The position numbers and the translations under genes are program-made. Source: an uncultured virus (IMG/VR IMGVR_UViG_3300020048_000095) (taxonomy: Duplodnaviria > Heunggongvirae > Uroviricota > Caudoviricetes). Taken from it: a DNA stretch of 20,000 nt. Below, one piece after another: positions 9,263 to 17,096 of the stretch. The stretch lies in IMG/VR virus record IMGVR_UViG_3300020048_000095, one strand, 5' to 3'. Under the pieces are notes generated by a model. That model did not search any database. It saw only the letters and a program-made list of their open reading frames with translations, and had not been told where the DNA came from. Position 1 is the stretch's first letter. Every line of letters starts with the position of its first letter.

Positions 9263-9910
9263 ATGGGACGAACAATTAGAGGCAATGGATTAGGCGGGTA
9301 TAAAACAAACACCCCATTTATGTACGGATATCCCAACATTTGGACTTGGCTTGCATTAGAGATAGGAGTTAAGTCTGTTATTGACATTGGATGTGCGGAA
9401 GGTCACGTTCTTAATTTTTTTAAGTTTTTTGGATGTAGAGTTCATGGCGTTGATGGATGTCAATACGCATACGAAAACAGTATGGTGAAGGACGATATGG
9501 TTTTGCACGACTATAGAAACGGTTCATATATACCAAATGACACTTATGAGCTTGGATGGAGTAGCGATTTTGTAGAGCATGTAGATTCTCAATTTGTTTC
9601 TAACTATATGGAAACTTTCAACAAGTGCTCTAAATATGTATTTTTGACTTTTGGCCCACTGGGTTGCAGGGGGTATCATCACGTTAATTGCAATAACCTT
9701 CCATACTGGATTGACCTATTTGCCGCAATATCATTTAAACCAAACTACGAACTTACAGAGCAGGCTACGAAAATAAGTATGGATGGTGGGAAATTAACGC
9801 CAGAAGTAAAAGCGGCATTTCCGGACGTTGCTAATTACAAAAGTGATGTGAGAGCATTTTCTGGAACAAAAGATAGGCAAACCGGCATAGTATTTGATAA
9901 AATATATTAA
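9263..9910 (+). CDS. Class I SAM-dependent methyltransferase
   Basis: VIDIGCAEG motif I, VHGVDG, FVEHV, GYHHVN; start moved to ATG 9263, which follows AAGGA. Confidence 0.8.
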   Translation: MGRTIRGNGLGGYKTNTPFMYGYPNIWTWLALEIGVKSVIDIGCAEGHVLNFFKFFGCRVHGVDGCQYAYENSMVKDDMVLHDYRNGSYIPNDTYELGWSSDFVEHVDSQFVSNYMETFNKCSKYVFLTFGPLGCRGYHHVNCNNLPYWIDLFAAISFKPNYELTEQATKISMDGGKLTPEVKAAFPDVANYKSDVRAFSGTKDRQTGIVFDKIY

Positions 9911-9959
9911 TAGTGATGTATTAATGTAGGTTAATTTAAGCGTTACAAAAGGAGAAATT

Positions 9960-10310
9960 ATGAAAATAGTAAAAACAGCATCAGGTAAACAAACAATTAA
10001 AATTTCTAAAAAAGAATGGGAATCTATAGGCAAAAAAGCTGGATGGATTGGGAAGATTTCTGAATTAAGTTTGCAACCAGAGCCAAATAGCAAACCTGAA
10101 AATAAAATGTTTGAATATCTAATTGATGTATTTTTAGGAGAAAAAATACCCTTTGACATATTTGACCTAGAAGGAAATGTCATAATCCCAGCAAAAAGAA
10201 CAATCAATAAAACAATGCTTTATCAATTGTATGAGAAATATCCTAATGTTAACATTCCAGAGTCGCCCATAAAAAACATGATAGATAAAAAATTCAATCA
10301 AACCAAATGA
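9960..10310 (+). CDS. SKKEW-tagged small protein carrying an RpoB insertion-like fragment
   Basis: AAGGAG RBS; tag MKIVKTASGKQTIKISKKEWESIGKKAGW; body FLGEKIPFDIFDLEGNVIIPAKRTINKTMLYQL..ESPIKN resembles, from memory only, a Verrucomicrobia-type RpoB lineage-specific insertion. Confidence 0.6.
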   Translation: MKIVKTASGKQTIKISKKEWESIGKKAGWIGKISELSLQPEPNSKPENKMFEYLIDVFLGEKIPFDIFDLEGNVIIPAKRTINKTMLYQLYEKYPNVNIPESPIKNMIDKKFNQTK

Positions 10311-11641
10311 AAGTAACATTGTCCAAATCTCAATGGGAATCTATCGGAATAAGCAACGGATGGATGCGTATCGCTAGACATCCATCTGAAAACGACATCC
10401 AAGATAAACAATTCCTAAATTACCTTAAAACTCAAAACGAAACATTCATATTTTTCCACGGCACTAGCTCTAAAAAATGGGAAGAAATACAAAAAAGCGG
10501 ATTCATGATTTCTCCCAAACAAAGAGGGAATGAAGAAGAAGAACAAAGAACTAAAGGATTAGACCAAATATACTACACCCCATTATTAGAATATGCCGCA
10601 AACGAATATTCTGCAAGAGAGTCTAAAAAAGATAATGGTCAACCAGTTATATTGATATTGGAAATTCCACTATACCTTATCGCAGAAATACAAGCAGCCA
10701 TAAATGGACAAGACATATACAACGAAGGACAAGCTTTTAATAAAGTTAAAGACATTATTTCAAAACAAATATCTAATGAGGAAAAAGCAGAGGAATTGAA
10801 ACAATATATAAGAAATTCTGACGATAACGAGTTTACAACTGTTTCTATACTTCCAATCAGATTTGTTAAACATGTCGAATATCTAAACCCAACAAATACA
10901 ACCTATGACATTTATTACGCAAACAGTGTTGAAAAACTTACGCAATCATTAGTCAATGGTAAAATAGATATAAAGATTTTTGAAAGAATGATCACTACCG
11001 ATTATGCTTTGTATAATGCTTTACCAGAAAATATAAAAAATAATAGCGAAATACAAAAGGCGAGAATTGAAGGATTGGCAAATTATGTCAGTAAAAAATC
11101 AAAAAATTACGATGAATTAACAGAAGAGGAAATGAATCACCCAATAATATTCCGGGCATATATTGATTCTTGGATAAAACATTTGAAAACAAATCTATGG
11201 GACTATGATAGTTACCCCCAAAATATAAAAAACAATAACGAAGTTAAAAAAGCAAGAATAGAAGAATGGGCAAAGGCAATAATGGGAGATGATTGGGATA
11301 TGCTTAATGACCACTTGCCAGACGACTTGGTTAACAATCAGTATTTGAATAAAACTCTTTTTCAAAAATGGATAAATGATATAGAGAACGATATTGATTC
11401 ACTTTATATCGCACCAGAAGGATTTGAAGGATTTGAAGACGACCCAAGAGTTAAGCAAGCGTATGTTAACGGATGGATTAGTATTTTGAAAAACGATCCA
11501 AACGAATATGAATCTTGCCCAGAAGAATTAAAATATGACCAAAGAATATTAGATATATTGCCAGAAGATATGAAACAAAATCATTCCAGTAGGCTATTTA
11601 GCTCCTGCTTTAATGATAACTACATAGGTAAACTAACATGA
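10307..11641 (+). CDS. ADP-ribosyltransferase-fold (H-Y-E-like) protein with SKSQW tag and C-terminal ~32-aa helical repeats
   Basis: FFHGTS..WEEIQKSGF..IYYTP..YA..GQPVILILEIP..DNEF; about six repeats of Y..LP..IK.N..I..A.I..W. Confidence 0.65.
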   Translation: MKVTLSKSQWESIGISNGWMRIARHPSENDIQDKQFLNYLKTQNETFIFFHGTSSKKWEEIQKSGFMISPKQRGNEEEEQRTKGLDQIYYTPLLEYAANEYSARESKKDNGQPVILILEIPLYLIAEIQAAINGQDIYNEGQAFNKVKDIISKQISNEEKAEELKQYIRNSDDNEFTTVSILPIRFVKHVEYLNPTNTTYDIYYANSVEKLTQSLVNGKIDIKIFERMITTDYALYNALPENIKNNSEIQKARIEGLANYVSKKSKNYDELTEEEMNHPIIFRAYIDSWIKHLKTNLWDYDSYPQNIKNNNEVKKARIEEWAKAIMGDDWDMLNDHLPDDLVNNQYLNKTLFQKWINDIENDIDSLYIAPEGFEGFEDDPRVKQAYVNGWISILKNDPNEYESCPEELKYDQRILDILPEDMKQNHSSRLFSSCFNDNYIGKLT

Positions 11642-12147
11642 AAATATATAGAATAGCCAAAGCAAATACAGAAGACGTATTAAAAGATGAGAACGGCAAT
11701 CCTATAGTTTTCTACCATGGAACTAAAGGCGATAATTTCTCCGAATTCGACACAAGCAAAAGCGGATATAACTACGGACAAGGTTCATATTTCACACCAG
11801 ATCCAAATAGAGCTTCAGGATATGCAAACAAAGGATGGTTTAGAGAAAAAGATCAATATAATGACGGAGCTAGAGTCTATCCAGTATATCTAAAACTAAC
11901 CAATCCATTTATAACACCTTCTGATGCAGGAGTTTCAGATATAGGATTTGAAGAAAGAGCTAAACCTGAAAATAAAGAAAAGTGGCTTAAAGAAAATTGG
12001 ATGCCGGATGCGCAAATAGGGAATCAAATATTAAGACAAAGAGGTCATGACGGAATAATAAAATCGTGGACAGAAAACGCCCATGATCCTTTGGAAGTTG
12101 TCGTTTTTGACGCAAATAATATAATAAGCATTTACTCATTATCATGA
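11638..12147 (+). CDS. ART-PolyVal-like ADP-ribosyltransferase with MKIYRIA tag
   Basis: DENGNPIVFYHGT..FSEFD..G.GSYFTPD..ASGYA..VYPVYLKLTNPF..GHDGII..EVVVF. Confidence 0.8.
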   Translation: MKIYRIAKANTEDVLKDENGNPIVFYHGTKGDNFSEFDTSKSGYNYGQGSYFTPDPNRASGYANKGWFREKDQYNDGARVYPVYLKLTNPFITPSDAGVSDIGFEERAKPENKEKWLKENWMPDAQIGNQILRQRGHDGIIKSWTENAHDPLEVVVFDANNIISIYSLS

Positions 12148-12560
12148 AAATATTCAGAATAGCTAACAATAATATATTGGAACAATCCGTAGCAACTATC
12201 ATTCAAAATAGTAAAAATGAAGTTCTTATATTAAAGAGAGGAAGTTCCGCTCCATGGATGCCTAATAAATGGAATTTGCCAGGAGGAGGCGTGGAGGATA
12301 ACGAATCCCTCGAACAGGCAGCTATAAGAGAATGTCAAGAAGAAACTGGAATAAGTATTGGTGGACTAACTAAAATAAATGAAAATGTTGATATGAATGA
12401 CAATTTTCAAATAACAATATTTCACTCAAAAATAAAAGGTTCAAATGTAAACATGAATTTCGAAAGTTCAGATTACGCATGGGTTGACAAAAATACATAT
12501 CAACCATATGACTATGTACCATATGTCAAATCAGCAATATCAAAGGTAATTGGAATGTAA
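12144..12560 (+). CDS. Nudix hydrolase with MKIFRIA tag
   Basis: Complete Nudix box GGVEDNESLEQAAIRECQEETGI, preceded by VLILKR..WNLPG. Confidence 0.92.
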   Translation: MKIFRIANNNILEQSVATIIQNSKNEVLILKRGSSAPWMPNKWNLPGGGVEDNESLEQAAIRECQEETGISIGGLTKINENVDMNDNFQITIFHSKIKGSNVNMNFESSDYAWVDKNTYQPYDYVPYVKSAISKVIGM

Positions 12561-12561
12561 C

Positions 12562-13095
12562 ATGAAAATATACAGAATAGCGCAAGAAATATTCAGAGGC
12601 GACGAAACTCCTATCAACCTAGACGAATACGACTTCGACTATGGCAGAAAAAATAAATTGAAAGATTTAGGCAGCTCTATGGCTTATGGACCAGGTATCT
12701 ATTTCGCAACAGCTCAAGATATAGCAAATATGTACGGCAGTAATATAACATCCAAACAAATCAACCCTAATGCCAAAATATTATCAGAAAGCGGACGTAA
12801 ATTAAACCGTAATACAATTATTAAAATACTTAATTCAATAAATCAAGAAACAATAGAAGCCGCATCTATAAACTGGGACGAAAACCCCTATAAAGGCAAA
12901 CAAATGCTTTTAAATTCAATAATGGAGGCAAAAAATCCAGTTGACCAGTTGATGTCTATATGGGCGGAAGTGTTCTATCGTCAAGACCCTAACGCTTTCG
13001 TAAATGCAATGATACAAAACAATATAGATGGAATATCAAAAACAAAAGACGACGCCACTTATTTTGTCATCTATAACCGAGGAGTTTTGTCTTGA
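12562..13095 (+). CDS. ADP-ribosyltransferase-fold protein with MKIYRIA tag
   Basis: IFRGD...YGPGIYFATAQDIANMYG...IDGI...YFVIYN; start moved to ATG 12562 (MKIYRIAQ). Confidence 0.65.
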   Translation: MKIYRIAQEIFRGDETPINLDEYDFDYGRKNKLKDLGSSMAYGPGIYFATAQDIANMYGSNITSKQINPNAKILSESGRKLNRNTIIKILNSINQETIEAASINWDENPYKGKQMLLNSIMEAKNPVDQLMSIWAEVFYRQDPNAFVNAMIQNNIDGISKTKDDATYFVIYNRGVLS

Positions 13096-13197
13096 AAATA
13101 TACAGACTAGCTATACCTATCCCATTCTAAAACGATGCCGGAAATATCAAATGAAAACGGAAATATGAAAATACTAGGTCTAGGCATGTCTCTATAA
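13092..13197 (+). pseudogene. Internally deleted remnant of a paralog of the 14174..14884 kinase
   Basis: 13092-13137 matches the kinase 5' end at 39/46 nt (LKIYRLAIPIPF*ND); 13156-13197 matches the kinase 3' end 14840-14881 at 35/42 nt (NGNMKILGLGMSL*). Confidence 0.85.
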
Positions 13198-13232
13198 AGT
13201 ACCCGCTCGCACTTGTAAGGTTTTACACTCAA

Positions 13233-13261
13233 AAAGGAATTATATCAAAACATAACGTACA
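13233..13261 (+). promoter_or_regulatory. Variant late-type promoter AAAGG-N19-GTACA
   Basis: Same spacing as the other copies; upstream of the PAS gene; -10 part deviates. Confidence 0.4.
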
Positions 13262-13301
13262 ATATATCAATAATTGCCTCAAACTAATTAAAAGGAACAA
13301 T

Positions 13302-14177
13302 ATGTCGGAAAATACAAACCCAACAGATTCTATGCATGAACACCTTAAAATATGTACATGCAACGATAATATATTCCCAATCAATATGAGAATAAAACTA
13401 AACCTCATCGGAGATTGCAGCGCAGACGGATGGTGGGATTGGCACGTTCAAGAAGATTTCGAATATATGTCACCTAAATTCTGGGAAATCCTAGGCTATG
13501 ACCCAAATGAAATGAAACACCACCCCTCAGAATGGCAAAAAATAATCTTCCCAGATGACTTGATAAAAGCCAAAAACTCATTCAAAATACATATCGATAG
13601 CCACGGTACAATACCATTCCAAGAAACAGTCAGATATAAACATAAATCAGGTAAAACAAAATATATAATTTGCAGAGGTAGAGTTATAGAATGGAATGGA
13701 CAAGAACCAGTAAGATTAATTGGCACCCATACGGATATAACAGAACAAGAAGAACTTAAACAATTAACCATAAAAGAAGCAAATGACTTCAAAAAACTAT
13801 TCGAATTCGGACTCACACCTTGCACAATTAAAAAATTTGACGGATCGTATCTGGAAGTCAACAACAAATTCTGCGAACTTACAGAATATTCAAAAGAAGA
13901 ACTCATTGCAAAATCATTCGAAACACTCACAGTAAAAGAAGACCAGAAAGAAGATTTAAATAGAATAAAACAACTCATGTCAGATAATTCAATCACTCAA
14001 AACTTCCAAAAAAGAATCATAACCAAAACTAACCACATCATATGGTGTCAAGTTATGCAAACCGTAATAGAATACAATGACCAACAAGCAATATACGCAC
14101 AAATTACCAATATCAATAAAAAAAGAAAAATAATGGAAGATATTAAAATACTTCAAAACACAATTAAAAACTTATGA
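13302..14177 (+). CDS. Stand-alone tandem PAS/PAC domain protein with no output domain
   Basis: DGWWDW..YMSPKFWEILGY..W..IIFPDDL..RYKHKSG..RGRV..RLIGTHTDITE, then a second PAS (YLEVNNKFCELTEYSKEEL..QITNI). Confidence 0.9.
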   Translation: MSENTNPTDSMHEHLKICTCNDNIFPINMRIKLNLIGDCSADGWWDWHVQEDFEYMSPKFWEILGYDPNEMKHHPSEWQKIIFPDDLIKAKNSFKIHIDSHGTIPFQETVRYKHKSGKTKYIICRGRVIEWNGQEPVRLIGTHTDITEQEELKQLTIKEANDFKKLFEFGLTPCTIKKFDGSYLEVNNKFCELTEYSKEELIAKSFETLTVKEDQKEDLNRIKQLMSDNSITQNFQKRIITKTNHIIWCQVMQTVIEYNDQQAIYAQITNINKKRKIMEDIKILQNTIKNL

Positions 14178-14884
14178 AAATATACAGAATAGCAATCCCC
14201 ATCCCATTCGCAAACGATGTAAAAACACTCAGAAACCAAAAATACCCAACAAAAAAACCACTCCAAGAAAACGAAAAATTCCATCAAAATACCGACGACC
14301 AAGACGACGAAATCCAAGGACCACTAAGAATAGATAATTCCTACTCACAAAAACAAATACAAAATATAGAACAAAAATTCCCTAACGCTAAACCAATAGG
14401 ATTCGGCAACATGGGAATAGCCTACGACATAGGTAATAACAAAATACTCAAAGTATCAATCGACTTTACAGAGTTCGACGCCGCTAAACAATTGATCAAA
14501 AAACCACTAGATACACACGTCACCGTCTATGAAGTTAATGAAAAAGATTTCTATATCATCATAGAAAAAATAAAACCACTCACAGATATAGAAAAAGAAG
14601 TATACATCATCCTATATCGAATCTACTCGGAATTCTTCTCCAAAACACCACCAGATACAGAAACATTCATCCAACAAATACAAAAAATCAAAACTAGAAC
14701 AAGTATCAAAAAACTGCTAAACACAAATGAATTCCATACCCTAATCCCACCATTTGTCAATTTTATCAATAAATTAAAAAAATATGGACTAGAACCAAGC
14801 CACCTAGATATTCACGACGATAATATAGGCTTAGATAATAACGGCAATATCAAAATACTAGACCTAGGAATGTCTTTATATTAA
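14174..14884 (+). CDS. Protein kinase-like (PKL fold) protein with MKIYRIA tag
   Basis: IGFGNMGIAY, ILKV..E, YIIIEKI, HLDIHDDNIG catalytic loop, ILDLG. Confidence 0.85.
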   Translation: MKIYRIAIPIPFANDVKTLRNQKYPTKKPLQENEKFHQNTDDQDDEIQGPLRIDNSYSQKQIQNIEQKFPNAKPIGFGNMGIAYDIGNNKILKVSIDFTEFDAAKQLIKKPLDTHVTVYEVNEKDFYIIIEKIKPLTDIEKEVYIILYRIYSEFFSKTPPDTETFIQQIQKIKTRTSIKKLLNTNEFHTLIPPFVNFINKLKKYGLEPSHLDIHDDNIGLDNNGNIKILDLGMSLY

Positions 14885-14885
14885 A

Positions 14886-15461
14886 TCACTCCAAAAATAT
14901 CACCAATGGATGACTCTCAATGGACACAAACCTCATCTGAGCAACCATAAAATCATACACACTCTCTATTTGCTCCGATTTCAACATGGAAGCCGTATCA
15001 ACAATTATAGAATCGCAAGCTAAACCCCTTAAACTGTCGCTAGATAAACATTTTATACTTGAAAAATTTATAACATAATCCTTTTCAATACCTTCATAAC
15101 AATAAACACACTGCGTATTTTTAAAACTGCGTATGAAAACTCCACTCCCAAATGGATTCACCCCCTTCGCAGCATTCACACAATTGTCCACAAACCTATT
15201 TCGCATATTTAAATTATAACATGTAACCAATGGATTCAACTTATATTTGAATATTATCCTGGGTATACACGAACTATGACCACTACGACGAGGACCACAT
15301 ACCTTGACCGTCCCAAATTCCTTCAAAAAATGCTTAGGCTCACTATACCTCAATTTATTTATATGCTTATCTTCCTGAATCATCAATACATTGTTTATTA
15401 GCAATTTAGCCGCCTTAAATGTATTATCCCCCATCTTCTCATAATCCATTTGCTTTTCCAT
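14886..15461 (-). CDS. P-loop NTPase-like hypothetical protein
   Basis: GPRRSGHSS (Walker A-like with His in place of Lys), LRG..CDSIIVD (Walker B-like); AAGGAG RBS. Confidence 0.5.
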   Translation of the reverse strand: MEKQMDYEKMGDNTFKAAKLLINNVLMIQEDKHINKLRYSEPKHFLKEFGTVKVCGPRRSGHSSCIPRIIFKYKLNPLVTCYNLNMRNRFVDNCVNAAKGVNPFGSGVFIRSFKNTQCVYCYEGIEKDYVINFSSIKCLSSDSLRGLACDSIIVDTASMLKSEQIESVYDFMVAQMRFVSIESHPLVIFLE

Positions 15462-15517
15462 AAGAAACGTCTCCTTATTTTGTTAATACACAACCAAAAC
15501 TTTATTCATGGGCATAA

Positions 15518-15531
15518 CTATTATACAAAAA
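15518..15531 (-). promoter_or_regulatory. TTTTTGTATAATAG -10-type promoter element
   Basis: Identical to 2809-2822. Confidence 0.5.
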
Positions 15532-15691
15532 AGAGATAGTTTGAAATTTTAGAAATCTAAAATACCTGTCACAAATAACATTAACGAGAACTCACCCACT
15601 TTATGAAATTCCTAATGTTTATAAATACCGCCGGAATAACAACCAATAAAAGACCGAAAACACCACTCGAAATAGCAACATATACCGTTCC

Positions 15692-16948
15692 TTATAAACT
15701 AAACAATTCTGGACATTCCAAAATTGTATCATTCTTTGGTTTGTAACAGGAACCGTATTTTCCTGTAAGAAATCGCTCAAGTATATTTAAAGCAGCGTTC
15801 ACGTCTGCATTACCGTCATATCCACAACTACGGCATTTAAATGACTCTCCATTACGACTTCCACTATCAATATGTTTACAGGCTGAACATGTTATACTAG
15901 TATTATAAGGCGAAACTGTACGAAAGGAAACACGGTTTTCTTCACAGCTCATCTCTAACCTCATTAACCAATATCCATAATTCCAGCTACCGATAGAAGA
16001 ACGAATATTTTTACTCAATCGTCCTTTGAGTTTTGAATTATTGTTCAAATTACTTAATTTTTCAACTATAACTAAATCTTTATTTTTAATGATTTCTTTT
16101 GCGACTTCATTAATTATCTGCTTAATTGAATTAATCGCTCTTTGCTTTCCTTTTGAACCTTTCTGACACCTTTTTGATTTTTCAATTAATTTTTTGATAT
16201 CTCTACCAAATTGAATATTGTCTGAAGTAGAAGCAAGTGCATTAATTCCCGTATCTATTCCGACAACCTCTTTAACTTCTTTTTTAGGTCCAGTTTCTCT
16301 TTCGAAACAAAACTGAACGTAATCTTTAGTTATTACATAAGAATTCAGTCGCTGTCCCTTTTGCGCTAACTTTCTATAATGTTTATGGAATTTAATAGGG
16401 ATATTTATTGAAATCTTATTGCCAATGGAAGAAAGATGTAACCACGCATCAAATTCTTTAGTTTCCTTTTTGGGCGATTGCAGTTCTCCAATGGTACAAG
16501 ACACGGACATCTTCATCCCCTTATGTTTTGGCTTATGAGGTTGAACCATTGATAGTTTAGATTTATTTGCCTTTAGTTTCTTATACCAATTGTTAATTTT
16601 TCTTCTATTTTCTTTGGTATTTGACGGGGTATTTCCTATCTTATTCTCTAATGCGTCGATTGTGTTTTGTATTTGCTCTTTATTCCACCCAAACACATTT
16701 TTAACCGAACTTACCATATCTAATGCTTCTCTTGCCGCTACTTTTCTTAAACGAGCTGACAACCAAGTATCTTTAGGAATATCAACAATAGGTTTCAACA
16801 ATTGCGTTTTGTCTATAGGATTAATCCAAAAATAATTAATGAAGACATTAACCACTTTGCCATATTCTTTTAATATGGTTTGTAATTCCTGTTTCTTCTT
16901 ATTTGTGGCAAATTTAATACTACATTTTGTTGATCGTGTTATTTTCAT
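15692..16948 (-). CDS. tnpB: TnpB-family RNA-guided endonuclease
   Basis: RuvC-I VVGIDTG, RuvC-II IVEKL, Zn finger TSITCSAC..FKCRSC, RuvC-III NADVNAALNI; all three catalytic residues appear intact. Confidence 0.93.
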   Translation of the reverse strand: MKITRSTKCSIKFATNKKKQELQTILKEYGKVVNVFINYFWINPIDKTQLLKPIVDIPKDTWLSARLRKVAAREALDMVSSVKNVFGWNKEQIQNTIDALENKIGNTPSNTKENRRKINNWYKKLKANKSKLSMVQPHKPKHKGMKMSVSCTIGELQSPKKETKEFDAWLHLSSIGNKISINIPIKFHKHYRKLAQKGQRLNSYVITKDYVQFCFERETGPKKEVKEVVGIDTGINALASTSDNIQFGRDIKKLIEKSKRCQKGSKGKQRAINSIKQIINEVAKEIIKNKDLVIVEKLSNLNNNSKLKGRLSKNIRSSIGSWNYGYWLMRLEMSCEENRVSFRTVSPYNTSITCSACKHIDSGSRNGESFKCRSCGYDGNADVNAALNILERFLTGKYGSCYKPKNDTILECPELFSL

Positions 16949-17087
16949 TTAATTCTTTATATTTATTTTCAAGACAATCTCTTATAACCGCAGATATATT
17001 TAGTTGATATTTTTCTCTCATAATTTTGATTTTATTAACCAACTCATCGTCTGCTAAATATATCATTCTATTTTGTTTTTTATTCAT
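16920..17087 (-). CDS. Ribbon-helix-helix DNA-binding protein, 55 aa (missing from ORF track)
   Basis: Manual translation MNKKQNRMIYLADDELVNKIKIMREKYQLNISAVIRDCLENKYKELNENNTINKM; strand-helix-'NISAVIR' helix pattern; overlaps the tnpB start. Confidence 0.7.
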   Translation of the reverse strand: MNKKQNRMIYLADDELVNKIKIMREKYQLNISAVIRDCLENKYKELNENNTINKM

Positions 17088-17096
17088 ATATATTCA

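Noticed and set aside
13092..13197. Possible DGR template/variable repeat pair with the kinase gene
   Set aside because: Mismatches are not confined to adenines, both gene ends are retained, and no reverse transcriptase is in the window; a deletion remnant fits better.
2938..16835. Short ORFs 2938..3159, 3800..4021, 4379..4636, 5330..5692, 7370..7582, 7940..8146, 9794..10207, 11987..12202, 13496..13996 and 16590..16835
   Set aside because: All overlap longer motif-bearing genes on the opposite strand and have the Ser/Phe/Ile/Leu-rich composition typical of shadow frames.
16928..16948. TnpB N-terminus MKITRST as another tag copy
   Set aside because: It lacks the aromatic residue and the Ala, and similar starts are ordinary for the first strand of TnpB.
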